DNA of 63,350 nt, filler included, from Octopus bimaculoides (GCF_001194135.2; 6 parts of 6 records of this genome joined end to end with filler, not necessarily neighbours in it), one strand, 5' to 3'; positions 1-14,890 are shown, counted from the first letter of the whole stretch. Numbers and translations: made by a program. Notes: a model not told the origin generated them from the sequence alone.

Positions 1-245
1 GTGGTTAGGGTGTCAGCATCATGACTGTAAGATTGTGGTTTCGATTTCTGGACCAGGCGACGCATTGTGTTCTTGAGCAAAACACTTCATTTCACGTTGC
101 TCCAGTTCCACTCAGATGGCAAAAATGAGTAACGCTGCGATGGACTGGCGTCCCGTCCAGTTGGGGAACACATACGCCATTGAAACTGGGAAACCGGGGC
201 CCATGAGCCTCGCTAGGCTTTAAAAGGGCACATTTATTATTTTTT
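1..245 (+). mobile_element. tRNA-derived SINE, family B (head + GCTCCAGTCCACTCAGCTGGCAAAAATGAGT core + tail 1)
   Basis: A-box remnant GTGGTTAGG, B-box GGTTTCGATTTC, 3' end AAAGGGCACATTTATT; matches 27025-27280. Confidence 0.85.
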
Positions 246-317
246 TTACATCTATATATATGTGTGTGTGTTTGTGTGTGTATATATATATATATAAGGA
301 GCTAACCATAATGATGT

Positions 318-360
<43 letters not shown>

Positions 361-1149
361 GGTATATTCACACATATACAAAATTGTGTGCTCATACATT
401 AATGTGTAGGCATATACACACTTGTGTGTATTTTGATGTTGAAGCTTCATTTTATTATCAATTCTGCAAAGCAGAGACAACTTGGAGAGACCATCAGGGG
501 TTGATGATGCAAATAAACTCTGCTGTGTGTATATTTTATTTTTCCAAGACATTTATGGTAAACATATGTAAATGTGTATAATGCAATAAATAATAAACTC
601 ACATTTATACACATGCACAGATGTATATATCCATATGTATAGATTTCAACATGCAGACATGCAAGTGAATTTCCACAAAGACTTCAAGAAGACGATGTAT
701 ACACTAACATAACTGTGTGTATAGTCTGTAGTATGTGTGTGATATATATTTATATATATATATATATACATACATAGATGGCTACACCATGCTCCAAGCT
801 GTAGAAACTCTGCCAAATCAGATTGGAGCCTGGTGTAGCCATCTGGTTTCACCAGTCCTCAGTCAAATCGTCCAACCCATGCCAGCATGGAAAGCGGACG
901 TTAAACGACGACGATGAGGAGGAGGAGGATATATCTCTNNNNNNNNNNAAAACTTTAGTAAAATAGCTTTGTTGTTATTATTAAGCTAGTATTTGGAACA
1001 TAAATTAACATGAAAGGTTTTAATTAAGATCATTTTAAAACAAGTGATTTGTGTCATTAAAACCAGGGACAGTTTCTGGTGAGTTGGTTTCAAGTTTTAA
1101 AACAATTCTTTAAATGAGAATGACTGCAAAATAATAATTATTTCCTTAA

Positions 1150-1425
1150 CCCATTACCTCCCATAATTCTATTAACTGGAATTTTTTAATGAAACTTTGA
1201 TTTCTAGCATAAAACAGCCTAGAAACACGCTGGAATGATCAAAATAAAATTTTAAATAGAAATAAGTGAGATATTGGGTGAAAAATTAGCAAACCTCATT
1301 TGAATATCAGAGAAATGTACCTAGTAGATATAGCAAAAAGGTTAGATATGTGTAAATATTGACAGATAATTACGAAATTTGTAATTTTTAAGTGATCACA
1401 TACGAGATCACTGGTAGGTAATGGG
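1150..1425. mobile_element. piggyBac-like MITE
   Basis: TTAA|CCCATTACCTCCC...GGTAGGTAATGGG|TTAA: terminal inverted repeats starting CCC, flanked by TTAA; near-identical copy at 5779-6062. Confidence 0.85.
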
Positions 1426-1466
1426 TTAAGAAAAAAACATAATTTGAACAAGTTATTACAACTCAT

Positions 1467-1635
1467 TGACCCTTTAGCATTTGAATTGGCTACACCCAGC
1501 TGAAATATTCTACCTGCTTTATGTCCACATTGTCCTGATCTGGCCTCTCACACCAGCCCTTCAATATCATTCTAAAAATTAATAATTACCTCATCAAAAT
1601 CTCATAACTACAAGATAATGCATGATTAATTTAAA
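1467..1635 (+). mobile_element. Remnant of a second TTAA/CCCTTTAGCATT MITE family
   Basis: Begins CCCTTTAGCATTTGAA; a related inverted copy at ~5310-5475 ends AATGCTAAAGGATTAA. Confidence 0.5.
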
Positions 1636-3606
1636 ATTATACTCTTTTACTTGTTTCAGTCAAGATGTGCTATAAGCAACAGCTAAATTGCCCGTAAATC
1701 ACACACAAAACTAAAAAAAAAAAATTTTTGCATAATCATATGAATTCCAGTGCATAGAACACAAATTCCCGAAAATATTTTGAAAATTCTAAAAAAATTT
1801 TAAATGTTATTAGGTGCTTAAACCAGAATTTGACCAAATAATTTATATGTAAGAAGAGGTGGTGGTGAAAATCAATCTCAAAATTCACAGGAGAAGATAA
1901 CGAACCACAAGAATTCTAGAGGTGTAAAGCCATCGAATTATCAATAACGTCATTGGCTCCGGCAATAAAGCAAAGTATCTAAAGGGAGACAACTTACGAA
2001 GGACGACAATTTCAAGTGAAATAAAAGTTGAAAAGTTTTTCGTTAATGTCAAACGTTGCTTGGCATTTATCCCTCGGGTTGGTCCTGATTATGCAGTTCT
2101 ATAACAGAGAACGTTCCAGCCGTGACCAACCCGTCTATTTTAGGGTACTTGGATAACATTTTCCAATGTGCCAATATTCAAGACGATACTGATCACATAT
2201 GAAGTGGAAGTGATTTGATTGCTATTTCTAGCAGATCAAAAAGCAAAAACAAATATAGATTCACCTTGGTTCATATGATAGTAAGAGGAGAGATTTGGCT
2301 GCTCTTTTTGTATGGTTCTTATGTTTGTTCATACACAAAACAATAAGGTATGATTGGAAAGAGATTTAGCTGCTGTTTTAACAGATCTAGCTATGTTGAG
2401 ATAACCCATAGGCATGGCTGTGTGGTAAGAATTTTGCTTCCCAACCACACAGTCCTGGGTTCAGTCCCACTGTGTGCCACCTGGGGTAAATGTTTTCTAC
2501 TATAGCCTTGGGCTGACCAAAGTCTTGTGAGTGGATTTGGTAGATAGAAACTGAAAGAAGCCCATTGGATACATCTACTCTTTTACTGGTTTCAGCCATT
2601 TGACTGCAGCCATGCTGGAGCACCACCTTTAGTTGAGCAAATCGACTCCAGGACTTATTCTTTGTAAGCCTAGTACTTATTCTATCGGTCTCTTTTGCCG
2701 AACCGCTAAGTTACGGGGACGTAAACACAACAGCATCGGTTGTCAAGCGATGTTGTGGGGGACAAACACAGACACACANNNNNNNNNNNNNNNNNNNNNN
2801 NNNNNNNNNNNNNNNNNNNNNNNNNNNNNNNNNNNNNNNNNNNNNNNNNNNNNNNNNNNNNNNNNNNNNNNNNNNNNNNNNNNNNNNNNNNNNNNNNNNN
2901 NNNNNNNNNNNNNNNNNNNNNNNNNNNNNNNNNNNNNNNNNNNNNNNNNNNNNNNNNNNNNNNNNNNNNNNNNNNNNNNNNNNNNNNNNNNNNNNNNNNN
3001 NNNNNNNNNNNNNNNNNNNNNNNNNNNNNNNNNNNNNNNNNNNNNNNNNNNNNNNNNNNNNNNNNNNNNNNNNNNNNNNNNNNNNNNNNNNNNNNNNNNN
3101 NNNNNNNNNNNNNNNNNNNNNNNNNNNNNNNNNNNNNNNNNNNNNNNNNNNNNNNNNNNNNNNNNNNNNNNNNNNNNNNNNNNNNNNNNNNNNNNNNNNN
3201 NNNNNNNNNNNNNNNNNNNNNNNNNNNNNNNNNNNNNNNNNNNNNNNNNNNNNNNNNNNNNNNNNNNNNNNNNNNNNNNNNNNNNNNNNNNNNNNNNNNN
3301 NNNNNNNNNNNNNNNNNNNNNNNNNNNNNNNNNNNNNNNNNNNNNNNNNNNNNNNNNNNNNNNNNNNNNNNNNNNNNNNNNNNNNNNNNNNNNNNNNNNN
3401 NNNNNNNNNNNNNNNNNNNNNNNNNNNNNNNNNNNNNNNNNNNNNNNNNNNNNNNNNNNNNNNNNNNNNNNNNNNNNNNNNNNNNNNNNNNNNNNNNNNN
3501 NNNNNNNNNNNNNNNNNNNNNNNNNNNNNNNNNNNNNNNNNNNNNNNNNNNNNNNNNNNNNNNNNNNNNNNNNNNNNNNNNNNNNNNNNNNNNNNNNNNN
3601 NNNNNN

Positions 3607-3860
3607 AGGGGATGGTGGCCAACCCTGCTGTACTCTTCCCCCACAACTTTCTCTCAGTCTTTCTTCCTGTTTCTGTTGTGCCTGTAATTCAAAGGGTCAG
3701 CCTTGTCACACTGTGTCACGCTGAATATCCCCGAGAATTACATTAAGGGTAGACATGCCTGTGGAGTGCTCAGCCATTTGCACGTTAATTTCACGAACAG
3801 GCTGTTCCATTGATCAGATCAACTGGAACTCTCGACATCGTAAGCGATGGAGTGCCAACA
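3607..3860 (+). mobile_element. SINE family A, 3' part
   Basis: Matches family A body and tail. Confidence 0.8.
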
Positions 3861-5778
3861 ATAAATATGTACCAAAGATCTGTCCATCTCTCTCTGCCTT
3901 CTGTACCTAGGAGGATTGTGAGGGTAGAGGCCTCATCTATCTCCTCAGATGCAATTGTCATTAGATTTTCCAGTTGGATTCCCTAGCATGACCAGATGAA
4001 ACTGGATATTGTCCAACTGTTTCATTCTTGGTGTAGTCCGAGGTCATCTGCCAGTTGGGTTGACTTGAAGAATCCATCTTGCAATTCTTTCTTGTGACAT
4101 TCTAATCATGTCCATAGTACTGGAGCTATGCCCACTCAATGCAGAGAAGGATCAGCTCAACCTGGAGAGACTTCCTGATCACTGAGCTATGAATCCTGTT
4201 GGGTAACATTACTCTAGAGACCATTCAAGGAGCCCCATTTCAGCTGCTTATATTTGCATTCATACTCTTTCGGTCTTTATACCTCAGACAAACAACATAT
4301 AGTTCAAGGAAGATTTGGCTGCTGTTTCTAACAGATCTTGTTACTGTTAAAAGCTCAAATATATACACACACAAGACAATAGGGTGCGATTCAAAGGAGA
4401 TCAGGCCAATGAATTTAGATCGCATCAGGAGTGAAATAAATCTGACATTTAGAACTAAGGTCTTTCTATGATGGAACAAATCTGTGGCATCACATTTTCC
4501 TCTTTCCTTAGAATATGAAAAAGGAAAGCAAAAAGAAGCTGGGGCTTTGTTGGTTATGACAATGTAGTGGATGCTTTTACGTGCCACCGGCATGAGGGCC
4601 AGTCAGGTGGTGCTGGCAACGACCACGCTCGAAATGGTGTATTTTACTTGCCACCTGCACAAGAGCCAGTCCAGCGGTACTGGCAATGAACTTGCTCGAA
4701 TGTCTTTTCACGTGCCAGGAAGGCGACACAGTCAAATAAATTCATAACAGTTACAATAGTTAAGCAAAATACATTGAAGTATGTTCTACATGTATGCAGA
4801 AACAAATTCTTGATTTCCTTCAGTCAGTGTCATTTTTAATATTAGTTTGTATATTTCATGATTATTTAACAAATGGAAGTGCAAATGCACTTTAAACATA
4901 GCTCTTAACTGTTCAAATTTACTTCATCCAATATAAATTACTGCATACCTGTGAGTCCAGCACACTTAGAATGCACCCAGCTGTCACAAGAAGAGCACTG
5001 CACCATCTTAGAATCCCAGTCATCATCTGCATAGCATTTACGACAAATCGGACAATAGTTTCCATATATATATATATATACAGACACATGAGGAGTGCTG
5101 CAAAGGTCCTGGCTTTGGGTAAAAGAAATTACAGGAGGATCAGTTAATCATGATTTTATTGAACTTATTCCCCACATACGTATCGCAGTGATCCTTTACT
5201 TTTTCTAAGCTCTGTAAAAGAACTTGGAAAGGTGAGCTTCCAACCAGGCCTTTCACGATACCCTTAAAGGAAGGAACTTTCCAGTCCCGCCTCATATATA
5301 TTCACAGTATTTGGAACTAATCATGCATTATCTTGTAGCTGTGAGATTTCAATTATATGATTATCTTATTTTTAGAATAGCATTGTAGGGTAGGTGTGAA
5401 AGGCCAGATATGGTTATAAAACAGGTTGAATATTTGGGCTGGATATAGCCTGTTTGAATGCTAAAGGATTAAACAGTATTAGATTAAAATAATGATATGT
5501 ATAATATTTATAATGTACAATAAGGCATGGAGGTTCAGGTGTGACTGTGTGGTTAAGTTATGCCCCCAAACACATGGATTCAGGTTCAGTCCCACTGCTA
5601 TAGTCCTGGGGTGACCAAATCTTTAGGAGTTGGTTTGGTAGATGGAAACTGAAAAGGCCTGACACATATATAATATGTCTGTGAACTTTAGGTTAGTTAA
5701 AATATGTTTTTAACACATTTCCACTGCTAAAGGCAAATTCATTGCAGTTACCGTTGAGAGAAAAAAATTCTCTCTTAA

Positions 5779-6062
5779 CCCATTTACCTCCCATAATTTT
5801 CTATTAACTGGAATTTTTTTAATGAAACTTTGATTTCTAGCATAAAACAGCCGTAGAAACACGCTGGAATGATCAAAATAACATTTTAAATAGAAATAAG
5901 CGAGATGATATTGGGTGAAAAATTAGCAAACCTCATTTGAATATCAGAGAAATATACCTAGTAGATATAGCAAAAAGGTTAGATATGTGTAAATATCGAC
6001 AGATAATTACGAAATTCGTAATTTTTAAGTGATCTCATATGAGATCATTGGTAGGTAATGGG
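5779..6062. mobile_element. piggyBac-like MITE, second copy
   Basis: TTAA|CCCATTTACCTCCC...GGTAGGTAATGGG|TTAA; internally near-identical to 1150-1425. Confidence 0.85.
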
Positions 6063-7665
6063 TTAAGGTAAAAAAAGGTGTAAAAAATATATCTGTCCAG
6101 TGATGGCCCTGTCAGATTCCCAGACACATTCTAACTCTTTAACCATTATCAATGGGAAATACCAAGAGACAACTCTGGACATAATTAAAACCATAGCATA
6201 ATTAAAACCAAAACACAACATAGTCAATGTTGTGCGTTTTTATAAGAGAGAATTTTTTCTCCCAACAGTAACTGCAGTGAATTTGCCTTGAGAAGTTGAA
6301 ATATGTCACAAACATCTTTTAACTAACCTGAAGTTCATTTATGCCTTAACATTGCTTGGTGCTGATATTGATGTAAATATGTGCGTGTGTGTTAGTGACT
6401 TCTTGTTTAGCTACCCTTGTACAAGCAGTGTCCTTGTTTTCCAATCGTCTGTGGGAACAAGCCTGGCTACGAGGAAAGATGACCTCACTTGAAATGAGTG
6501 AAGTGATAGTGACAGGAAGGGTATCCAGCTGTAGAAAATTTGCACGGAGGAAGAAAGAGATGATAAAGGATGATGCTGATGTTGTAATGATGTGATTAAT
6601 AATTAAAAGAAAAAAAAAAAAATGAAGGAGCAAATTTACAAAAGGTCCCATCCATCACCTGCCTTCATCAAACAGGGTCCAGATTCTTCAAGGTGATGAT
6701 AAAAAATGGGGAAAAAAACAGCTTTTCATTATTATGTGGGCATTACTTGTTATTGTCTCTTTCAACAGATGGTGCAAGTCTGAATTCGTCTGTGCGTGTG
6801 TATTTCTTTCTGTACGTCCTGTATTTCCCTTTATCTGTCCCCAAATTATTCAGGGTTCCATTGCAGGGAGGCAAAATACCGGCTTTTGTCAAACGTTCGA
6901 TCATAGCCTGGGGGAAGACAGAGAAGACGAGAAAAAAAAAAAGAACAGGTTACAATTATAATTCATTAATTACAATAAATAATTAAATAGATAGGAGAGT
7001 ATTGTAGTTCGCTTGAAGCATTGTGTATTGTTTGTAAAGAATAAAAAGTTTAGAATGGTACAACAATGCACTATAGAACAAAAAAATGGACCATATACCT
7101 GTTGTAATTTGGTTATCTAGAGTCCGATGATATTTCGGAATTACAATTCCTTCTTCAGATCTTCTTTGCATCAATGTTTTGCCATATTTGTGGCTTGTCG
7201 ACATGACATACCCATCCAATATTTGAATATATAAACATATTTAACCCTTTTGAAACCAACCAACCTGAAACTGCCCCTGGTGTGCTGAATTATAGCATGG
7301 AATTTCCATGGGTCCTGCTAGTAATTATTAAACTCATATAGATATTAGAGAACAGGACTACTCACCAAATGGAAAATACTGGACAACCATGTGGATGGTA
7401 GTGTTCATCTTCAAGACTTTAACAGCCTGAAAGTACAGTATATATACATACATATATATATATATATATATGAATAAAAATTAAAAAATATAAAAAAGGG
7501 TTTTGTATGATCGTGTATAGAGGAATATATGATTTAGAAGAGTTCCAACTCTGTCTGTTTTTTATGTTTTATTTATATTCTTATAAAATTAATGTGGGAT
7601 ATAGAATATGGAATATATAATATAAATAGTAAAATGAAATGAAGTATTGAATGTCTTATATTCTT

Positions 7666-7905
7666 ACTCTTTACTCTTTTACTTGTTTCAGTCATTTGAC
7701 TGCGGCCATGCTGGAGCACCGCCTTTTTAGTCGAGCAAATTGCCCCCAGGACTTATTCTTTGTAAGCCTAGTACTTATTCTATCGGTCTCTTCTTGCCGA
7801 ACCGCTAGGTTACGGGGACGTAAACACACCACCATCGATTGTCAAGCGATTTTGGGGGGGACAAACACAGACACACAAACATATATATATATATATATAT
7901 ATATT
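7666..7905 (-). mobile_element. SINE family C tail plus microsatellite
   Basis: Matches family C tail. Other partial copies at ~2410-2562 (+), 2578-2778 (-), 5532-5660 (+), 8699-8840 (+), 19100-19187 (-), 28707-28878 (+), 41216-41342 (+), 43470-43730 (+). Confidence 0.8.
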
Positions 7906-8904
7906 TACATCTGGGTGTAAAAAAAAACTACATCAGGAAAATTTGTCTAACCCATGCCTGTATGGAAAAGTAGACATAAAACACAAATGATAATGATAAA
8001 AAATTTCAGAAAACAAAAGCCTACTGTTTCTTATTTCTTTAGTACCCACAAGGGGACTACACAGAGAGAGGACAAACAAGGACAGACAAACGGATTAAGT
8101 CAATTATATCGACCCCTGTGTGTAACTAGTACTTAATTTATCGACCCCAAAAGGATGATAGGCAAAGTCGACCTCGGCGGAATTTGAACTCAGACCATAA
8201 TGGCAGGCGAAATACCGCTAAGCATTTCGCCCGGCGTGCTAACGGTTCTGCCAGCTCGCTGCCTTATTTCAGTTTCTGTCGACCAAACGTACGTATATAT
8301 GTGTATGAGCCAATGAGGGGATAGCTACATAGCAACTAGAGCTGCAAGAAATAGAAACCAAATCTCCCTCACAGTGTAAGAGTGGAAACTGCAAAGGTCG
8401 AAAAAAAACCCTTTCTGACCCTTTACTTTTGACTAAACCATACAAAAGGAAAAAATACATTCCGTCAGGGTTGGGCAGTCTTTTTTCATGTGCCCCACCT
8501 TTTCTTGTTTCTAGGGGGTCAATACAAGTAAATTACCAAGACAAATGGTGATGAGGGTAGGGCTCTTACCTCATTATGTTCGATGCTTTCAAAGTTAATT
8601 CCATTGACAGACAAAATCTGGCGAGGAAACGAAACAAAGATATTAGGATATGACCACATAAATTACACAGCAAGTTAACAAAATAACATAATGGGATAGT
8701 AGGTGCAGTAAGAAGCTTGATTTCCAGCCTCATGGTTTTGGGTTCAGTCCCCCTGTGTAGTACCTTGGGCAAGTGTCTTCTGCTATAGCCACAGGCTGAC
8801 CAAAGTTTTGTGAGTGGATTTGGTAGATGGAAACTGAAAGACATATAATTGCCCAACCCATGCTAGCATGGAAAGCAGACATTAAACAATGACGATGATG
8901 ATGA

Positions 8905-8949
<45 letters not shown>

Positions 8950-9774
8950 NNNNNNNNNNNNNNNNNNNNNNNNNNNNNNNNNNNNNNNNNNNNNNNNNNN
9001 NNNNNNNNNNNNNNNNNNNNNNNNNNNNNNNNNNNNNNNNNNNNNNNNNNNNNNNNNNNNNNNNNNNNNNNNNNNNNNNNNNNNNNNNNNNNNNNNNNNN
9101 NNNNNNNNNNNNNNNNNNNNNNNNNNNNNNNNNNNNNNNNNNNNNNNNNNNNNNNNNNNNNNNNNNNNNNNNNNNNNNNNNNNNNNNNNNNNNNNNNNNN
9201 NNNNNNNNNNNNNNNNNNNNNNNNNNNNNNNNNNNNNNNNNNNNNNNNNNNNNNNNNNNNNNNNNNNNNNNNNNNNNNNNNNNNNNNNNNNNNNNNNNNN
9301 NNNNNNNNNNNNNNNNNNNNNNNNNNNNNNNNNNNNNNNNNNNNNNNNNNNNNNNNNNNNNNNNNNNNNNNNNNNNNNNNNNNNNNNNNNNNNNNNNNNN
9401 NNNNNNNNNNNNNNNNNNNNNNNNNGGGGGGAGTAGAGTGAGAGGGGGGGAGTAGAGTGAGAGGGGGAGGGAAATAGTGGAGAATGAGAAAGAAGAAAAC
9501 AGAGTGAAGTGGAGAGATAGGATGCAGGAAGGAAGGAAGAGAGAGAGAGAGAGAGAGAGACGGGGTATGGAGTAGAGATATGTACAGACTGACGAAGTGA
9601 GAGTGAATTTACCTGATCTCCTTTGGTCAAACCCATTTTGTCTGGCTCACTGTCAGGCATCACCTGATTGGACAAAGATAAAAACCAATGATGATAAAGA
9701 TGATGATGATGATGATGATGATGATAATAATGGTTACAAATTCTGGCACAAGGCCGACAATTCTGGGGGAGGGA

Positions 9775-10310
9775 ATAAATAGATTTCACCAACCCCAATG
9801 CACAACTGGTACTTATTTTATCAACCCTGAAAGCATGAAAGGCAAAGATGACCCGGGCAGAATTTGAACTCAGAACGTAAAGAAAGATGAAATGCTGCTA
9901 AGCATTCTGACCAGTGTGCTAACGATTCTACCAGCTCACTGCTTGGTTTTCCTTTTGGCACAAGGCCAGAAATTTTGGAGAAGGGGATAATTAAACTGAC
10001 CCCACTGCTCAACTGGTACTTATTTTATCAACCCCAAAAGGATGAAAGGTAAAGCCGACCCCAGCAGGATTTGAACTCAGAAACAACAACAACAACAACA
10101 ACAATAATAATAATCCTTTCTACTAAAGGTGCAAGGCCTGAAATTTGGCGGGAGGAGACTAGATGATTACATCAACCCCAGCGTTTCATTGATACTTAAT
10201 TTATCAATCCCCCAAAAGTGGAATTTGAACTCGGAATGTGCAGACAGACAAAATACTGCTAAGCATTTTGCCTAGCGTGCCAACAGTTCTGCCAGCTCAC
10301 CGCCTTAATA
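9775..10310 (-). mobile_element. Cluster of three head-to-tail family E SINE copies
   Basis: GAATTTGAACTC(A/G)GAA occurs at ~9860, ~10070 and ~10220, each with family E flanks. Confidence 0.75.
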
Positions 10311-10529
10311 ATAAGCTTTGTGATTGAATTTGGTAGGCGGAAGTTACTGCCGTGTGTGTATATGTCTGTGTATGTGCTTGTGCCTCTCCGAAAGAGAGAG
10401 AGAGAGGGGGGATAAATGTGGTTGTATTAAGTAATGCTTGAATTACCTTTGATACAAAAATACCATAGTGATGCTCTTTGCCACCTCTGATGTTGAATCC
10501 CAGCTGAAAACAATATAAAGGAAACATGT

Positions 10530-10564
<35 letters not shown>

Positions 10565-10730
10565 ATAATAATAATAATAATAATAATAATAGTAGTAATG
10601 ATGCAGTACCATGCAGTGGCTCTCATGGCTTCTGATCTTAACTGATTGGAAGTGTTATCATGCACATTGTTTTGTCTTGGTATAAAAAGATGGCCTACAG
10701 CAAATATTCTGCTTAATACCACAGATTTGC

Positions 10731-11235
10731 AGAGGATGTAGTAAATGGCAAGGGTATCACCATCCTTTGGAACTTCCCAATACAAACAGACAAAAAAATT
10801 GACTCAAGTTGACCAGACATTGTGATCAAGGACTACAACAGATCAAAATGTCCCACAAGATCAAAATGTCTCAAGAAAGGAATACGAAAAGCTTTCTAAC
10901 TATGAAGATTTGCAAACTGAAATCACAAAAATGTGGAAGCTTAGAACTATGATAATGCCAGTAGTAATTGGTGTATTGAGAATAATAAAGAGGGGAGCTG
11001 AGAAGTATATTAAGCAACTCCAATCTCCGTGAACTACAAAAGATAACCTTGATGGGTTTAGCCCATATACTATGGAATGAACTCGCCATCTAAAATGGAA
11101 TAAATGTGGTGATAATTTTAGCATGCATAGCAAAACAAAAAATGTGCCCTTGCTGCTCCTGGTCTCCAGAGGATGCTTGGTACTAAGGCAGCTGAAATAA
11201 AGTTATAATGAAAGGAAACCATAGACAGTAATAAT
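10731..11235 (+). mobile_element. R4/Dong RLE 3' fragment
   Basis: ITILWNFPIQTDKKID..PDIVIKD..VPQDQNVSRKEYEKLSNYEDLQTEITKMWKL..PVVIGVL. Confidence 0.75.
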
Positions 11236-12360
11236 AACAATTATAAAATTTTGGCACAAGGATAGCAAGCTTAAGGCAAAGTTAACCTGGGCAGAATTTG
11301 AACTCAGAACGTAGAGATGGATGAAATGCTACTAAGCATTTTGCTTAGCATGCTAAAGATCAAGCCAGCTCATCAGCTTTGCAAGATGAAACATTAAATT
11401 TGTTTTTTCTCCACAAAAATGGAAGGGTCTGTCCTAGGCAAATGTGCATCGTTTACACTGGCAAATATTACGAGGCACCTGCAAGAGCCCTGTGCTGGTG
11501 CCATGTTAAAAACACCCAGCACTCACTGTAAAGTGGTTGGTGTTAGGAAGGGCATGGGCATCCAGCCATAGAAACTATGTCAAATCAGACTGGAACCTGG
11601 TGCGGCTCTCCACCTTACCAGCTCTGGTGAAACTATCCAACCCATGCTGGCATGGAAAATGGACGCTGAAGGATGATGATGAATGATAAGTGACCATTCG
11701 GTGAGTTTCAATCCTAAACGTGGGTAGGGGGATAAGATCCTGACCTTGTGAGGTGGGGTGGGATACATGTGGGTGGTAAAGAAGAGTTTAGATTTGACTG
11801 ACCTGTTCAGATGCATTGCTCCGGGTTATATGGATATTTCTGGGTAGGAACTTCTCAAGACCATTATCATAATCAGGATGGTTTGGACGCTGTAATACAA
11901 GTAGAAACAAAGAAAAATAGAAAGAGACGGTGCAGGTGGCTGTGTGTTACAAAGTTTGTTTTCCAAACACATGGTTTCAGGTTCAATCCAACTGCATGGC
12001 ACCTTGAGTATATATATATGGCACATAAAAATCACTCACTACACTCTTGGAGTGGTTGGCATTAGGAAGGGCATCCAGTTGTAAAAACCATGCCAAATCA
12101 GATTGAAACCCACTGCAGCACACCTGCTTACTAGTTTTTCAGTCAAACCGTCCAACCCATGCCAGCATGGAAAACGGACGTTAAATGATGATGATAATGA
12201 TGATATACAAAAAAGTTATATCAATGTACGTATGCAAGTACGAATACACATACACACATATATACACATATCAACATAGATATATAACGATGATTAATAC
12301 TATTAGACAGCCTGATAGTTAATAACAACTGCTAGTATCGAAAATGTGTGTGTGTGTGTG

Positions 12361-12427
<67 letters not shown>

Positions 12428-13040
12428 CACCACAGGATTAGATAAATCCATGGCACAAGGACCCAGCAATTTGGTGGGAGGAATTTAAGTCGATTATATT
12501 GGCCCCCAATGCTCAGATGGTACTTATTCTATCGACTCTGTAGTAATGCCCTTATATAAATATAAACAAATAATTATATTCTTGGGAATAGAACTTTCCC
12601 TTATGAATTTTTTTTATACACTAGCTTCCTGATAAAATTCTTATAACAAGGAAACTCAAGGTCCGAGAGTATACATCCATAAGCGTTACATGTAATCAAG
12701 ACATGAACAAAACACATCTATAAGGAAGTTGCTCTTACTTTATCGGGTGGTACCCAGAACGGTGGAAGTTCATAGGGGGGCAACTGTGCACGCATATTCT
12801 CCAGAGATCTCACTTCTGGGGACGACATTTCGTTGTCTGTCTGTCTATATCCTTACCTCTCCCTCTCCGTGTATGTCTCTTTCTTTTGTCAACTGCTTTC
12901 AATGGTCTCTCGGTTTTGTTGTCGTTAACAAGTAATAAATAAACAGCCAAGTTGGACAGCAACAGCACTGTCATGTACCGGAAGTCGAAGTGATAGTAAT
13001 GCTGCTGCTCAGGTTATTATGTAGCCCTAGGTCAGTCCAC

Positions 13041-13349
13041 GTGGAGACGCAATGGCCCAGTGATTAGAGCAGCGGACACGCGGTCATAGGATCGCGGTTT
13101 CGATTCCCAGACCAGGCGTTGTGAGTGTTTATTGAGCGAAAACACCTAAAAGCTCCCCGAGGCTCCGGCAGGGGATGATGGTCAACCCTGCTGTACTCTT
13201 CCACCACAACTTTCTCTCACTCTTACTTCCTGTTTCTGTTGTGCCTGTAATTCAAAGGGGTCAACCTTGTCACACACTGTGTCACGCTGAATATCCCCGA
13301 GAACTACGTTAAGGGTACATGTGTCTGTGGAGTGCTCAGCCACTTGCAC
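13041..13349 (+). mobile_element. SINE family A, cut by gap
   Basis: Same head and body as 24732-25115. Confidence 0.85.
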
Positions 13350-14017
13350 NNNNNNNNNNNNNNNNNNNNNNNNNNNNNNNNNNNNNNNNNNNNNNNNNNN
13401 NNNNNNNNNNNNNNNNNNNNNNNNNNNNNNNNNNNNNNNNNNNNNNNNNNNNNNNNNNNNNNNNNNNNNNNNNNNNNNNNNNNNNNNNNNNNNNNNNNNN
13501 NNNNNNNNNNNNNNNNNNNNNNNNNNNNNNNNNNNNNNNNNNNNNNNNNNNNNNNNNNNNNNNNNNNNNNNNNNNNNNNNNNNNNNNNNNNNNNNNNNNN
13601 NNNNNNNNNNNNNNNNNNNNNNNNNNNNNNNNNNNNNNNNNNNNNNNNNNNNNNNNNNNNNNNNNNNNNNNNNNNNNNNNNNNNNNNNNNNNNNNNNNNN
13701 NNNNNNNNNNNNNNNNNNNNNNNNNNNNNNNNNNNNNNNNNNNNNNNNNNNNNNNNNNNNNNNNNNNNNNNNNNNNNNNNNNNNNNNNNNNNNNNNNNNN
13801 NNNNNNNNNNNNNNNNNNNNNNNNNNNNNNNNNNNNNNNNNNNNNNNNNNNNNNNNNNNNNNNNNNNNNNNNNNNNNNNNNNNNNNNNNNNNNNNNNNAC
13901 GAATCTGCAATGAAATTGGCAAAAATCGACATTTCTAAATTACTGAAACCACAGGTACAGGACCAGAAACAGCGACATGATCAGTTGGTAGATATAATCC
14001 TGTTGTTTAGAGCTATG

Positions 14018-14383
14018 GTTAGGGCAGCGGATTCACGGTCATAGGATCGCAGTTTCGATTCCCAGACCGGGCGTTGTGAGTGTTTACTGAGCGGAAACAC
14101 CTAAAGCCCCACAAGGCTCCGGCAGGGGACGGTGGCGAACCCTGCTGTACTCTTCCACCACAACTTTCTCTCACTCTTACTTCCTGTTTCTGTTGTGCCT
14201 GTAATTCAAAGGGGTCAACCTTGTCACACACTGTGTCACGCTGAATATCCCCGAGAACTACGTTAAGGGTACACGTGTCTGTGGAGTGCTCAGCCACTTG
14301 CACGTTAATTCCACGAGCAGGCTGTTCCATTGATCGGATCAACTGGAACCCTTGACGTCGTAAGCGATGGAGTGCCAACAACA
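14018..14383 (+). mobile_element. SINE family A, slightly 5'-truncated, with perfect TSD
   Basis: 11-bp TSD TTAGAGCTATG at 14007-14017 and 14384-14394. Confidence 0.9.
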
Positions 14384-14890
14384 TTAGAGCTATGCCATCA
14401 AATTGTAGCTGTGTAGTACCAATCTGATATAAGTAGCAGAGGCAATATGATTGACTAAACTCTTGAAGGCATTGACTTTTCATATCTATGGTCCAGTAAC
14501 CGAAGCCAGTAAAAGAATTTAAGCCAAATACATACTGAAGAGGCTTCTTATATAAGGACTCTAGAGCTGACAGAAATATCGGGTTTAGAAATAGAATACG
14601 TGGTCTTTAGACATGGTAGAAATAATAGCCTAATCACACTCTACCATTAAGTATAGCAGGAAAGATTCCTCTAGCTAAATATGCAGGTAGGCTCCAGTGG
14701 ATAAACATAATTTCCCATGCTAGGCTGGTCTGTCATGTGATGAAATGGGATAGCCCACGTCAAGCCAGAACTCAACCATCATGTGACCACCTATAGAAAA
14801 CACATGAATGAGCCAATATCAGAGTATCTAAGGCTAGAAAACTGAATGATAAACATACTTCTGCTACAGATGGACTGGGAAATTTTTTCT

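Noticed and set aside
845-865. CTGAGGA...GAAAC on the minus strand of the family D tail as a hammerhead
   Set aside because: No stem II between the motifs and no NUH or stem I; CTGG/CCAG simply forms a hairpin around TGAAA.
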